A stretch of 64,000 bases of DNA from an uncultured delta proteobacterium. Its GTDB lineage: Bacteria; Desulfobacterota; Binatia; Binatales; Binataceae. A program made the translations under genes and the position numbers. The notes below the pieces were generated by a model. It was not told where the DNA came from. It saw only the letters and a program-made list of their open reading frames with translations, and searched no databases. Every line of letters starts with the position of its first letter. The first letter of the stretch is position 1. This document shows, one piece after another, positions 21,085 to 31,743 of this stretch. Location of the stretch: the NCBI GenBank assembly GCA_963724765.1, contig CAVRVY010000001.1, forward strand, positions 928,001-992,000, given 5' to 3'.

Positions 21085-21521
21085 ATGGCTGCCGGTTCCT
21101 TCGTCGTGCCAGCGTCCTCAGCAGTCCCGCCCTACTTCATCTTGAGCTAATGGCCCGGGAATCCAGACTCGCACTTCTGGCCCCGGCGGGGCCAGAGCCG
21201 CTCTAGCTAGTTCAGTTCGTCGTTTCGCGGGCGGGCGCGCCATCGGTTTTCACCAGCCGCTGAGCCCTCCACTTTCACGATCGGACCGGTGCGTATACGT
21301 GGTAGTCGAACGCTGACTCGATCGTTCGCTGGCCGGGCGCATAAGCGCGTAGATTGATGTACCAGCGTCCGGATTTTGGCGTCGATCACCAGTTAGCTTC
21401 CTTGTCGGGGCGGGGGTGTTGTAGAGGCCGCTCTGTTGGGTTTTTAGCGTCGTCGCTGATGACTACACGGCGAGCGCGCCCTCAAGGCGCTTGCTTTGCG
21501 CAACCAGTTATCGCCTGAGAT

Positions 21522-22070
21522 CTAGTTTACGGTGTAACCGCGTCCAGTGAGGCACGATGCCATCGCGCGATTGTAGGCGTTGCGCTGGCCTTGTTGTGAG
21601 TTGGAAGTCGCCTGGGCGTTGACCTGTTGCTGCTGATTCTGCTGAAGCCTTTGATCGCGCCGGCGCATCCCGCCGGCCAATCCGCCCATCGCCGCGCCCG
21701 CGGCGGCCCCGGTCCCCGCATTGCCCGTTATCGCGCCGCCTACTGCGCCGAGCGCAGCGCCGCGCGCCGCTCCTTTGACTACATGCCCCTGCGGTGGCGG
21801 GGGCTGGTTCGATACGGCGTGCGTATCAGAGGCGGCGGCCTGAGCTCTGCTGGGATCGAATCCGGTCTGCTTGACCGCCCATGAATGACACTCGTAGCGG
21901 TCGCGGTCCTGCTGGGCCTGGCTCTGCCCCTTTGCCGGGTAGGCGAAGACGTCCTGCGCTCGAGAGGATCCGGTTAAAAGCAGGACGGGTATAGCCACAA
22001 TGGCGAGCGCCAGACTGACATTGCGCTGACGATGCTGCGAAAAGTGCTGATGTTTCATCTTTTCCTCCAT
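21522..22070 (-). CDS. Exported YMGG-like glycine-zipper protein
   Basis: YPAKGQSQAQQDRDRYECHSWA; paralog of 689-1222. Confidence 0.8.
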   Translation of the reverse strand: MEEKMKHQHFSQHRQRNVSLALAIVAIPVLLLTGSSRAQDVFAYPAKGQSQAQQDRDRYECHSWAVKQTGFDPSRAQAAASDTHAVSNQPPPPQGHVVKGAARGAALGAVGGAITGNAGTGAAAGAAMGGLAGGMRRRDQRLQQNQQQQVNAQATSNSQQGQRNAYNRAMASCLTGRGYTVN

Positions 22071-22794
22071 TGATACTTGCTGCCGGCGAAATCGGACGCG
22101 TGTCTGGTCGGTTCGATATGCTGTTAAAAGGCGGAAGCAGCATTCGATTCAGAGTTGTTAGAGGGGTGCGATGCTGGTTGATCTCGGTGACGCGCGACGC
22201 GATCTCCTTGCTTAGAGTCGCCAGGTCGCTGCTCAAGGCCGACGACGCGCTGGCCTCGTCGGTGCCTGCGGGCGCTCCAGTGGTAGTTTCTGAAGCGTAG
22301 AGGATTTTGCCGCCCAGGCTGTCTCTGATGATCCAGCTCGCGATGAGCTGCGTCTGGCCTTCGCTGGTGGTCTCGAACCGTTGGACGTCAACTTCGACTT
22401 GGTAGTCAACCTTGGTTCTCAGCGCCCACGGATATTTCTCGATCCGATGGGTGTCCAGCAGCGTCGCCAGGTTCTCCGACAACACCCGTACGAAATTCTT
22501 ATCGAGCGGCTCGGCCCAGCGCTTTTCATCGGAGAGCTCGATCCGGTTGGGCGCGACGCGTGTGACGACGGGCAGGCGGCGAAGGTAGCCCGGAAAATCG
22601 ACGGGGCCCACGCCGATGGTGAGTTGCGAATCGGTGTTGGTCGAGGCCGGCCTGGCGGCCATAGCGCCGCTATCGGAAACTGGAGTCAGGATGTAGAACC
22701 TGGAGCGGTCGGGCTGGGGCGATAGCACGGAGCATCCCGCGGCCAATATCCCGCAGGCGCCGATCGCGCTCATTTTCATCTTGAGGTTTGTCAT
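21826..22794 (-). CDS. PqiC-like ABC auxiliary lipoprotein (3' tail probably read-through)
   Basis: Lipobox LAAGC, IGVGPVDFPGYL, RWAEPL; domain ends near 22170. Confidence 0.75.
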   Translation of the reverse strand: MTNLKMKMSAIGACGILAAGCSVLSPQPDRSRFYILTPVSDSGAMAARPASTNTDSQLTIGVGPVDFPGYLRRLPVVTRVAPNRIELSDEKRWAEPLDKNFVRVLSENLATLLDTHRIEKYPWALRTKVDYQVEVDVQRFETTSEGQTQLIASWIIRDSLGGKILYASETTTGAPAGTDEASASSALSSDLATLSKEIASRVTEINQHRTPLTTLNRMLLPPFNSISNRPDTRPISPAASINGGKDETSALFAASSAQCQSGARHCGYTRPAFNRILSSAGRLRLPGKGAEPGPAGPRPLRVSFMGGQADRIRSQQSSGRRL

Positions 22795-22795
22795 A

Positions 22796-23773
22796 TTATT
22801 TGCCTTTGTCCGGCACGTACCGCCCGCGGACCAAAGCACCGGGATTGCGCTGCAAGTAGTCTGTGAGCTCTCCTATCGATCGCGAGGTCTCGGTCAGCGA
22901 GTCGAGGGCTTGGTTGAGACGGACCGCCAGTGGGGCGTTGGGATCGAGCGTCTGCTGGAGGCCGACCAGCGCGGCGCGGGTGTCCTTCATCGTCTTATTG
23001 GCTTCGTCAGAGCTCTCTCGAATGTCGGCAACCAGCGGACCGACCTGCGAGTTGGCGTTATTGATGAGTGCGCGGGCCGAGTTGACCGCTTGGTTCAGGT
23101 TCGCAATCGTCCCTTTGAGCGATTCAAGCGTGGCCTTGAGTTCCGGCGAACCGGTGAGAGTCTTGATCGAGTTGGCGGCGTCGGTAATCGATACGACCAG
23201 GGCCTGGAAGTCGATTTTCTCGAATTTATCCAATGCGTGCGTAAGCCGTTCCTGGAGCTGCTCAAGACCGGTCTGAACGGTCGGAATTTCCCGGTAGGGT
23301 CCCCCCGGCTCCAGCGCAAGGTTTATCGGAGCATTGGGGTGAACATCGAGATCTATATATAGAAGTCCAGTCAGGAGACTTTCCGTTGCGAGCTGCGCCC
23401 GCATCCCCTGTTTGATCATGTCATCGAAGCCGGACTGTTCGAGCGCCGCGCCAGTTCCGCCCCTCGCCAGCAGTTGCGATCGGTCGACATCGATGAGGAC
23501 CGGCAACCGAAGACCCCTGATACTGGGTCGCATCCGCCCCTGGGAGGGCAAAAGCCTGAGCTGTATCGTCGCGACGGTGCCGATCTGCACCCCCCTTACC
23601 TTGACCGGCGCCCCGATCTTGAGCCCATTGAGGTTCCCCTGGAACATGCAGATGAAGCGGATCGGCCTGGTGAACATCTTGCCCGAGCCGACTACGATCA
23701 GGGCGACGACCAGAATCGCAAAGCTGGCGACGACGAACGCACCGATAACTGCTGGACTGACCCTTTTACTCAT
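22796..23773 (-). CDS. MlaD/PqiB MCE-domain protein
   Basis: IGAFVV, GLKIGAPVKVRGVQIG, SLLTGLLYI, YLQRNPGALVRG. Confidence 0.88.
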   Translation of the reverse strand: MSKRVSPAVIGAFVVASFAILVVALIVVGSGKMFTRPIRFICMFQGNLNGLKIGAPVKVRGVQIGTVATIQLRLLPSQGRMRPSIRGLRLPVLIDVDRSQLLARGGTGAALEQSGFDDMIKQGMRAQLATESLLTGLLYIDLDVHPNAPINLALEPGGPYREIPTVQTGLEQLQERLTHALDKFEKIDFQALVVSITDAANSIKTLTGSPELKATLESLKGTIANLNQAVNSARALINNANSQVGPLVADIRESSDEANKTMKDTRAALVGLQQTLDPNAPLAVRLNQALDSLTETSRSIGELTDYLQRNPGALVRGRYVPDKGK

Positions 23774-24575
23774 GACTGCCTAATGAGTCGCCTCCCTCCT
23801 GTCCACGAGTGAGAAATCTTCGCACCCGCGGGTCCTTCGAATTTGCAAGCATGTCGTGCGGATCGCCGGTCGCGATCTGGACGCGGGATTCCGCGTCCAG
23901 AAAGACGCTGTTGTTGGCGATGGTAAAGATGCTGGCCAGCTCGTGGGTAACCACGACGATCGTTGCGCCAAGGTTCGCCCGCAGCTCGAGGATCAAATCG
24001 TCGAGCAGGCGGGAGCTTATCGGATCGAGTCCGGCCGAAGGCTCGTCGAAGAACAGGATGTCCGGATCGAGCGCCATCGCACGCGCCAGCCCTGCGCGCT
24101 TCTGCATGCCGCCGCTGATCTGGTTGGGGTAGAAGTCCTCGAAACCCTTGAGCCCGACCAGCGCGAGCTTGAGCGCGGCGATCTCGCGGATCTGCGCCGG
24201 GGTCAGATCGGTGAACTCGCCGAGCGGCAGGCCGATGTTCTCCGCCAGCGTCATCGAGCTCCACAATGCTCCGCTCTGGTAAAGGATTCCGAACCGCCGC
24301 AGCAGGCGCTCGCGCTGCTCCGGCTCGGCCCGCGTGAAGTTGATGTCTCGGTAAATGATCTCGCCCGTCGCCGGTTCCTTGAGCCCGATCAGATGGCGGA
24401 GCAGCGTACTCTTGCCGCATCCGCTGCCGCCCATGATGATGAAGATATCGCCGCGTCGCACGATGAAATTGAGATCGCGCATCAGCACGAAACTGCCATA
24501 GGCCATCGTCAGGTTGCGCACGATGATGTGCGGCTCCGCGCTGGAGCGATTCTCGCCATTGACGCCCGTCGCCAT
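23766..24575 (-). CDS. mlaF: MlaF-like ABC ATPase
   Basis: GGSGCGKST, ISGGMQKRAGLARA, FDEPSAGLDP. Confidence 0.88.
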   Translation of the reverse strand: MATGVNGENRSSAEPHIIVRNLTMAYGSFVLMRDLNFIVRRGDIFIIMGGSGCGKSTLLRHLIGLKEPATGEIIYRDINFTRAEPEQRERLLRRFGILYQSGALWSSMTLAENIGLPLGEFTDLTPAQIREIAALKLALVGLKGFEDFYPNQISGGMQKRAGLARAMALDPDILFFDEPSAGLDPISSRLLDDLILELRANLGATIVVVTHELASIFTIANNSVFLDAESRVQIATGDPHDMLANSKDPRVRRFLTRGQEGGDSLGSHE

Positions 24576-24578
24576 CGT

Positions 24579-25730
24579 TTAGATGCCCAGGAAGTTGAAG
24601 ACCACGGCGAACAGGCCGCAAGCGACCACGATCATCACGATCGCCATCACCACCGCCTGCGTCGCCGCGTCGCCGACCGCGGAGGAGCTGTTACCGCACT
24701 GAAAGCCGCGCAGACAGCCGGCAATCGCGATCAGTACGCCGTAGAAAGTTCCCTTGATGATGCCGCCGAACAGATTGACCAGGGTCAGGGTCGAGATGGT
24801 TTCGCGCATGTAACTGCCGGCGGACAGATCGAGCATCGTTACGCCGACGAACAGGCCGCCGAGTATTCCGACCAGGTCCGCGAACAGGCAGAGCAGCGGC
24901 ATCATCAGCACCAGAGCGAGCACCCGCGGCAGGACCAAAAACTCCAGCGGCGACACGCCCATCGTGGTCAGCGCGTCGATCTCCTGAGTCACCTTCATCG
25001 TGCCGAGCTTCGCGGCAAACGCGGCGCCGGTGCGGCCCGACATGATAATCGCCGTCATCATAGCAGCCATGTCGCGGACCATCCCGATCCCGACCAGGTC
25101 TGCGACGTAGATCGACGCGCCGAACTGCGACAACTGCACCGCGCCCATGAAGGCCAGGATGACGCCGACCAGAAACGAGATCAGCGTGACGATTCCGACC
25201 GCGTTGGGGCCACATTCCTGGATGACTTCGAGCAGGTCGATCTTTCGGTAGCGTGCCTTGCCGCGGAGAAATTTTGCGAAGGCCAGCGTCAGATCGCCGA
25301 GGAAGCCCAGGAACTCGCCCACCGAGAGGCCGTAGCCGATCGTAACGTTGCCCACGCGCTCGAAGAACGAGACGCGCGACGCTTCGCTGCGCGCGCCCTT
25401 TTTCTCAGGCACCGCCTCGGCCAGTTCGAGCAGGCGCCTAAGACCCGCGGGAAGCCCGGCGCGGTCTTCCGTGATACCGCGAGCGCGGCAGATCTCGGCC
25501 GCGTTGGTCAGAAATGAAATCAGGCCGCTATCCCAATGCGTAAGCTGGGCGGTCTCGTACGCGAGCCGCCTGGCGCCCGGCCGCGAACCGAGTTCGGCCG
25601 CCAGCAGCGAAGTCGGCGGCAGGTCGCGCTGCAGATGCCAGGGGCCCGAAAGATGCACCACGAGCGTCGAGCTATCGACCCGCTCGAAAGTCATTCTCCC
25701 CTGATCTAGCCTCTGTGCAGCAGCACCCAT
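24579..25730 (-). CDS. mlaE: MlaE permease with N-terminal STAS-like domain
   Basis: WDSGL, GRTGAAFAAKLGTMKVTQEIDAL, LVLPR, VGDAATQAVV. Confidence 0.88.
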   Translation of the reverse strand: MGAAAQRLDQGRMTFERVDSSTLVVHLSGPWHLQRDLPPTSLLAAELGSRPGARRLAYETAQLTHWDSGLISFLTNAAEICRARGITEDRAGLPAGLRRLLELAEAVPEKKGARSEASRVSFFERVGNVTIGYGLSVGEFLGFLGDLTLAFAKFLRGKARYRKIDLLEVIQECGPNAVGIVTLISFLVGVILAFMGAVQLSQFGASIYVADLVGIGMVRDMAAMMTAIIMSGRTGAAFAAKLGTMKVTQEIDALTTMGVSPLEFLVLPRVLALVLMMPLLCLFADLVGILGGLFVGVTMLDLSAGSYMRETISTLTLVNLFGGIIKGTFYGVLIAIAGCLRGFQCGNSSSAVGDAATQAVVMAIVMIVVACGLFAVVFNFLGI

Positions 25731-25858
25731 CGGATCACGTCTCTCCCGTTCACTCGCAATGTGGCCTTAATAGTCCGAGGACACCCACTGTCGGACGGCG
25801 ATAAATTCCTTCATTCGTGGCTTCTCCCGCTAGCCGCGCGTTGCGCGGGACGCCCGAG

Positions 25859-27184
25859 TTAAAGCTTTGCCCTCTCGCGCACGTTCCATCCCAACGCCTG
25901 AAAATTCTTCTTCCCGAGCGGCGACATTTGACCGGAGAGCCAAGCAATTCGTGTAGGCGATACGAGATCGGGCCGGTTGGCGAAATACGAAGTGCGCTTG
26001 GTCCACGAGACGTAGTCGACCTCGGCCGGAACGACGATCACGCCCGCTCGATCGCGGCCGATTACAGTGCCGCGGGCGATAATGCTGACTAGAGGGGTGT
26101 GGGATTGGTGATAGTTGGCCAACATGTTCAGACAACCAGCGAGAAATCGAGCCTGATCTTCCGACTCGGCCGTGCTCGCCAGCGCTACTATGTCGATGGA
26201 ACCCGGGACTGCGGATACACGAGTAAGGTCTTCGACGAAGGCGGTCTGCACACTTAGCGGAAAAGCCTTATTGCCCATGAACGCTTTAATACTCGCGTCT
26301 GGCACGTTCATCGCCTGCAGCTTTTTCTGATTTTGCACGATGAGATCCGCCCTCGGCGTGTCATACACCCAGGTGGAGACAACCCTGGTGGCGGTGATCG
26401 CCATCGAGCCGGGAATGAATACCGACATTGCAGTCGTCACGCCGACGTGCGCTCTAAATGCAACCAAGGCAAAATCATCAAGTTGCTTTGCGAGGATGGG
26501 GTTTGTGGTGTACGGGTCAACGTGAAGCTTTTTCGCCAACCCTCGCCGCTCCTGCTCATAGCCTAAAATGTCTCTGGTAGTCTGAAGGGTGTGCGTGGCA
26601 ACCTGGCCGGCCCTCTCACCCGCGGGAGCCTCTTCCGGAGTCGTGGCAGCCTCCTTGAGCTTTTGAGCACCGAGGCCGACGCGGCCGAAGAAGCGTCCGA
26701 CTCCCGCTGGCATCCCCTTTACCGTGTCCACGGGGTGCATCACCATCTGCCCGGCCGCTGCGACCGGAGCCGCCGCGTTTGTCGCCAGCGCTTGGGCAAA
26801 CACCTTCGACTTACTGGTCTGGTTCAGTTCCACGATTGCAGGGAGCTCGGCGACGCGAATCCTGAGCATTTCAAGGCCGTCCGCGTTGAAGGTTCCGACA
26901 TCGCTGCGGAGCGTGAAGTGCGCGGTAAGCCCGTCGGTTGGCACTTGTTCGTCGACGTGAAAGCCGTTTCCGTTGAGCAAGGTCGCAGGCGCCAGCTCCT
27001 GAGCTGGCAGCGTCGGTGGCGTTTCGAATTGGGCCGCACTCTCAGCGATTGCCGTTCCTGAAATCAGCAACAGGATCAGAAGGCAGCACCAAAAGGCGCC
27101 GACCTTTGAGTTGCTTCCCTTTACGTACTGGAATAAACCGCGGATCGCTTTAACGAACATATTGTCTTCTCCCGAATGCTGCAC
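25859..27184 (-). CDS. Exported hypothetical protein
   Basis: 441-aa ORF with signal peptide, co-oriented with mla operon. Confidence 0.7.
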   Translation of the reverse strand: MQHSGEDNMFVKAIRGLFQYVKGSNSKVGAFWCCLLILLLISGTAIAESAAQFETPPTLPAQELAPATLLNGNGFHVDEQVPTDGLTAHFTLRSDVGTFNADGLEMLRIRVAELPAIVELNQTSKSKVFAQALATNAAAPVAAAGQMVMHPVDTVKGMPAGVGRFFGRVGLGAQKLKEAATTPEEAPAGERAGQVATHTLQTTRDILGYEQERRGLAKKLHVDPYTTNPILAKQLDDFALVAFRAHVGVTTAMSVFIPGSMAITATRVVSTWVYDTPRADLIVQNQKKLQAMNVPDASIKAFMGNKAFPLSVQTAFVEDLTRVSAVPGSIDIVALASTAESEDQARFLAGCLNMLANYHQSHTPLVSIIARGTVIGRDRAGVIVVPAEVDYVSWTKRTSYFANRPDLVSPTRIAWLSGQMSPLGKKNFQALGWNVRERAKL

Positions 27185-27451
27185 AGTTCAGCGAGCGCTG
27201 TCGGCCACCAAACCTTGAACGGCGATCTAGTGTCGTGTCTCGTAAATTAGAGTAACATGCATGCTTGGTTTTATTGGCAGGAACGGCAAGAACTCGAAGC
27301 GTTTTGTCTCTGCGTTCGCGAATCAAGTTACTGAGACTTGAGAGACACGACACTAGCAAAGAGCCATCAATTGAGTTCGCGGTTCTTTGAAGATTCCGTT
27401 GCACTGCAATGACGGGCGTCCTGGAATCATTTGTCTCTCTTTGCGTCTGTC

Positions 27452-28156
27452 TTATAAGCCTATTTGTGCGATTCCCTCGGAATTGCGATCGAACACACGA
27501 GCGACGGTCTTCGCCGATATCGCTTTTGCCTCGTTCCATTTCACCCCGAGCGCCCTGAGCACCAACCCGGACAGCGCCAATGCGAGCTTCCGCAGGGACT
27601 TCAATTCAGCCAGCTCTAACGCTCGGCCTATTCCCGCCTGCACGACGCCCACTATCAGCACTACAGCCGACGGCAGATCCGCGGTGGAAAAGCGTCCGAT
27701 GCGATAACCATGTTCCAAGTCCTTGCGCAGCCCCGGGTTTCCGGCCGCCTCGGCGCGGAGCCATTGCCCGTACATCTGCGCGACGACAGCGGCGCGGGTC
27801 GGCGCCGTTATCGCAGTGCGGAGAAAAACGCACATTCCGGCCGCGAGTCGTCCGGCAGGGTCGTCAATACCTGTCTGCGCAACTCCCACTTCGGCTTCGA
27901 TTTCCTGGCGAATCGTAGACGCTAGCTCTTTTGCTATTTGGTGCTTATCGTCGAAATAGTTGTAGAAAGTCCCTTTCGCCAGATCCGCCGTCTCGGTGAT
28001 TTCATCTATCGTCACACGCTCGAAGCCTTTCTCCGCGATGAGTTTCTCCACGGCATTTAACAACGCCTTTCGATTTCGAATCGTCCGTCTGTCGGATCGT
28101 TTCGGCTTCGCTTTCTTCACGCTCGCCGCTTCGGTGATTCCGGTTGATCTGTTCAT
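27452..28156 (-). CDS. TetR-family regulator
   Basis: GFERVTIDEITETADLAKGTFYNYF. Confidence 0.9.
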   Translation of the reverse strand: MNRSTGITEAASVKKAKPKRSDRRTIRNRKALLNAVEKLIAEKGFERVTIDEITETADLAKGTFYNYFDDKHQIAKELASTIRQEIEAEVGVAQTGIDDPAGRLAAGMCVFLRTAITAPTRAAVVAQMYGQWLRAEAAGNPGLRKDLEHGYRIGRFSTADLPSAVVLIVGVVQAGIGRALELAELKSLRKLALALSGLVLRALGVKWNEAKAISAKTVARVFDRNSEGIAQIGL

Positions 28157-29115
28157 AAATGGTTTTGATAGTCGTTTTTATACCAGATAGTCATTGTGTG
28201 CAAGAGGACCGAGACTCCGTGTGGACGCGCGTTTCGAATAACCAGGAGTTGACGATGGAGACAGTTACGTTTGGTCACAAAATATCAGGGTGATCCTAAC
28301 GGCAAGGCTGATCGCAGGCGAGATCGCAACGAGCCGGGCCGGTTGGGCGCGGATCCCTTCCCTCAAATTAGGCCAGAAATAGGCGCTGTGCTTGCACTTG
28401 ATGACATTCAGCGGAGCTCCCGCGCCGCCGCCTTCTCCCTGTGATTCGCTCCTCTTGCTGGCTGCGACCGCGCCCCGACGGCAAGCTCATCATTCGTAGC
28501 GAAAATCCGAGCATGATCGTCAGTTGCAGGAATGAGATCCGCTCGGAAAGCCTAGGAACTCGCGTCGCGAGCGTAGCGAAGAGTCAAGATGGAAGGCGAG
28601 CCGATCTGCACGAGGTTCCCGACAGACTATGAAGGATTCGATGCAACAGAGAGATGCCGGATGAGTAGGCCGCCGGAAAGGCTAAAGAGTCAATGAAGAC
28701 TGGTTTCCCTCAGTTATTCTGCTTTTAGGTTAAGTTTTTTCAGCTTGCAGTCCAATTTTGTTTTCATAGCGCAGTTCTTCGAAATCATCCTTCACGCGCC
28801 CTGAAAGTGACTGAAAAACAAGGACACCTGCATGAACTTCGATCATCCAAGGTCCAGATTTTCGGCGGGCCCTACAGGTTGTTAATAATAGGTTTACTCG
28901 GTCTACTTATTTTTTTGCTATGTAATCAGCGCCTTGCGCGCGCGGATCAATTGTGCTTCCTTCCGTAGTCGCGATCATGCATAGTGCCGCGGCTTCGTTG
29001 AGCTTGCAGGTTTCCTCGGTTGCTGATTCCGAAAGCCTCGGCGACATTCTTAGACGCCGCATGGTAGCCGTGGCCCTGGTCGGCGCCCTCCTGCAGCACC
29101 TGGAAGATATCAGTA

Positions 29116-29403
29116 GGAGCTGGCGCGATTTGACACACCGTTGCGTGCAACGGAGACAGAAAACTCCTTCCTTTAGGCTGCTGGCAAGGCACCGCTCTTG
29201 CGTACGAGAGGACGAAGCTGGCGGAGACATGAGATCTAAAAAAATCAGGTTTGAGCTAACGGGAAATTTTGGATGGAATCATAGCGATGTCGAGAAAAGG
29301 GATCATTATCGCAATCGTTGCCCTCGCCCTCGCGGGAGGCGGCGCCGCCTGGCTTACTTTCCAAGCCCGCCCTACCGCCAGGTTTCGCCGGCGTCAACGG
29401 CCG
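29116..29403 (+). repeat. Diverged copy of HlyD promoter + 5' end (other copy 30541-30827)
   Basis: Shared GGCGGAGACATGAGATC...GGATGGAATCATAGCGATGTCGAGAAAAG...; this copy is frameshifted and truncated. Confidence 0.85.
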
Positions 29404-29765
29404 AGGAATGTGTAGGACTAAAGTCCGACTTGTACGAGCATAGAACTCTTGTCATCTGTCTCTAACAAACGGGCACGCGGTATTGACCCCACTGCAATCC
29501 CCGTCAGGCGAGCAGGGCCGGGTCGAGTAGATTATTGGATTCCCCCGTCCAAGACGAAGGCTCGGTTCTCTCGCCTCCTACATTTTTCGTTGGGGCCAAG
29601 TTGCTGATCAGCGTTTGGTCGCTGAGTGGAGGCAAGTCAACGATTTCAACAGCGGCCACCGCAAACCGGGGAGGCGTGCCTCACGCGCCAATAACTCAAA
29701 CGAAGGTCTCGACCGAGCGTAGGTGGACCTTCTTCGCTATAAGCGGTTCTGTTGTTTCGTAGGCG

Positions 29766-30485
29766 ATGCCAAAGCTTGGCGCAAATATCAGCATTCTCGC
29801 GGCAGCGCTGCTCGTATGCTCTTCCGCGATCGCTTCCGGGCCGCCGGCGAGAACAGCGGATAAGCTAGTATGCGATGTTGCCGCGGATATCGCACTGGAA
29901 GCCCAGGATTACCCAACCGCCATAGACCTGCATCGCAAACTTCTGCGGTTGGAGAAAAACAACGCGCTGGCGCATTATCATCTGGGTTTTGCGTACGGGA
30001 TGACAGGGAATGTATCTAAAGAAATCAGTGAGTACCGCACAGCCATCAATCTCGGGCTCAACGCGTGGGACCTTTTCTTGAACTTGGGACTTGCTTACTA
30101 CGACCAGCGCGATCTCCCTGGCGCAACGGCAGCTTTGGGGACCGCAGTATTACTCGGCCCGGAACACGCCGAGACTCATTTTAATCTGGCGGTGATCTAT
30201 GAAAAGGAGAACAGATTGCCGGAGGCGCTGCAGGAGATTACCGCAGCGTTGGTTCTAGAGCCAAAAGATATGGATGCAGCCAATACCCACGCGATCATCT
30301 ACGCGAGAATGGGAAATCTCGTGGGTGCTCGCGATATCTGGATACAGCTCGTCCAGACAGCGCCAGACTACGCTCCGGCTCGAAGTAATCTCGCTATTCT
30401 GAATCGGTCGTGCGGAGAAGATTGCACTTCATTCTCCTACTTACCTCAAAGAGAGATCCTGTCCGAGTCTGTGGACGAACATTAA
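29766..30485 (+). CDS. Exported TPR protein
   Basis: ALAHYHLGFAY, ETHFNLAVIY; paralog at 46457-47218. Confidence 0.85.
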   Translation: MPKLGANISILAAALLVCSSAIASGPPARTADKLVCDVAADIALEAQDYPTAIDLHRKLLRLEKNNALAHYHLGFAYGMTGNVSKEISEYRTAINLGLNAWDLFLNLGLAYYDQRDLPGATAALGTAVLLGPEHAETHFNLAVIYEKENRLPEALQEITAALVLEPKDMDAANTHAIIYARMGNLVGARDIWIQLVQTAPDYAPARSNLAILNRSCGEDCTSFSYLPQREILSESVDEH

Positions 30486-30611
30486 GCGGTCATCCACGGC
30501 CGCGAACAGAGCAAGGCGTGCGGATGCTCTCCCTCGTTCAGGAACTGGCGCGATTGGAGACACCGTTGTGTGCAGCGAAAACAGAGAACCCTTGCTTTGG
30601 GGTGTGTGGCA

Positions 30612-30627
30612 AGGCACGGCTCTTGCC
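30612..30627 (+). promoter_or_regulatory. Putative sigma54 -24/-12 promoter
   Basis: AGGCACGGCTCTTGC (GG-N10-GC); conserved in duplicate at 29187-29201. Confidence 0.55.
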
Positions 30628-30708
30628 ATACGCGAAGGCTGGCGGAGACATGAGATCCAAAAACAAATGGGTTTGAGCTAACGAGAAATTTTGGATGGAA
30701 TCATAGCG

Positions 30709-31743
30709 ATGTCGAGAAAAGTGATCATTATCGCAATCGTTGCCCTCGCCCTGGCGGGAGGCGGCGTTGCCTGGCTGATACTTTCTAAGCCCGCCCTACC
30801 GCCGGGCTTTGCGGGCGCAAACGGTCGCCTCGAGGCGAAGCAGGTCGACGTCGCGACCAAGTACGAGGGTCGGATCGCCGAAGTTCTCGCCGATGAGGGG
30901 GATAACGTCGCCGAGGGCCAGGTCGTCGCGCGGATGGACACCGACGTGCTCGAAGCCCAGTTGCGGAACGCGCAGGCAAGGATTCGCGAGGCCGAGGATA
31001 ACAAGCGGACCGCGCAAGCCGACGTTGTCGTGAAGCAGGCCGAGTTTAACTACGCGAATAAGCAATACGTCCGATCTAAAGGGCTGGTCACGCGCGGCGC
31101 GGTCAGCCAGCAGGAACTCGATATCGACCAGGCTCATGCGGAAGCAAGCCGGGCGGCGTTGCTCGGCACGCAAGCCCAGGTAGTCCGTGCCCAATCCGCA
31201 ATTGACGCGGCAACGGCCGAAGCCGAACGCATCCAGGCCGAGATCAAGGACAGCGTGCTCAAATCACCGATTAAGGGGCGCGTCCAAAATCGACTGGCCG
31301 AGCCTGGCGAGGTCCTTCCAGCGGGTGGCAAAGTTTTCGCGCTGGTCGATCTGTCGAACGTTTATATGTACGTCTTCCTGCCGGAAACGGTGGCGGGCAA
31401 AATTGCCTTAGGCGCCGAGGCCAGGATTGTTTTGGACGCTTACCCTGACTATCCCGTCAGGGCGCTCGTGTCGTACGTTTCGCCCAGCGCACAATTCACG
31501 CCGAAGACCGTTGAGACGGCCGAAGAACGACATAATCTAACTTTCCGGGTCAAGCTGCAGCTTAACAAAGAACGTCTGCGACAATATGAACCTTTTGTTA
31601 AGGTCGGGATCCCAGGGATGGGCTACGTTCGGCTCGACGCCGGGGCGCAATGGCCGGCGTCGCTGGAGTTTCGCGGGGTTCCTTCGAACCTCGGGAACCC
31701 TACCGGCGCGGTCGGTAGCGCTGCCGACGGTTCCAACTCATGA
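30709..31743 (+). CDS. HlyD-family membrane fusion protein (YhiI-like)
   Basis: ANGRLEA, AEPGEVL, AQFTPKTVET. Confidence 0.9.
   Translation: MSRKVIIIAIVALALAGGGVAWLILSKPALPPGFAGANGRLEAKQVDVATKYEGRIAEVLADEGDNVAEGQVVARMDTDVLEAQLRNAQARIREAEDNKRTAQADVVVKQAEFNYANKQYVRSKGLVTRGAVSQQELDIDQAHAEASRAALLGTQAQVVRAQSAIDAATAEAERIQAEIKDSVLKSPIKGRVQNRLAEPGEVLPAGGKVFALVDLSNVYMYVFLPETVAGKIALGAEARIVLDAYPDYPVRALVSYVSPSAQFTPKTVETAEERHNLTFRVKLQLNKERLRQYEPFVKVGIPGMGYVRLDAGAQWPASLEFRGVPSNLGNPTGAVGSAADGSNS

Noticed and set aside
21826-22170. Novel C-terminal domain on PqiC
   Set aside because: Out-of-frame overlap with the Gly-zipper gene; most simply a lost stop codon
23856-25517. 553-aa plus ORF
   Set aside because: Antisense shadow of mlaE/mlaF
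28200-29100. Long intergenic region as ncRNA or gene
   Set aside because: No convincing ORF, structure or family motif recognised
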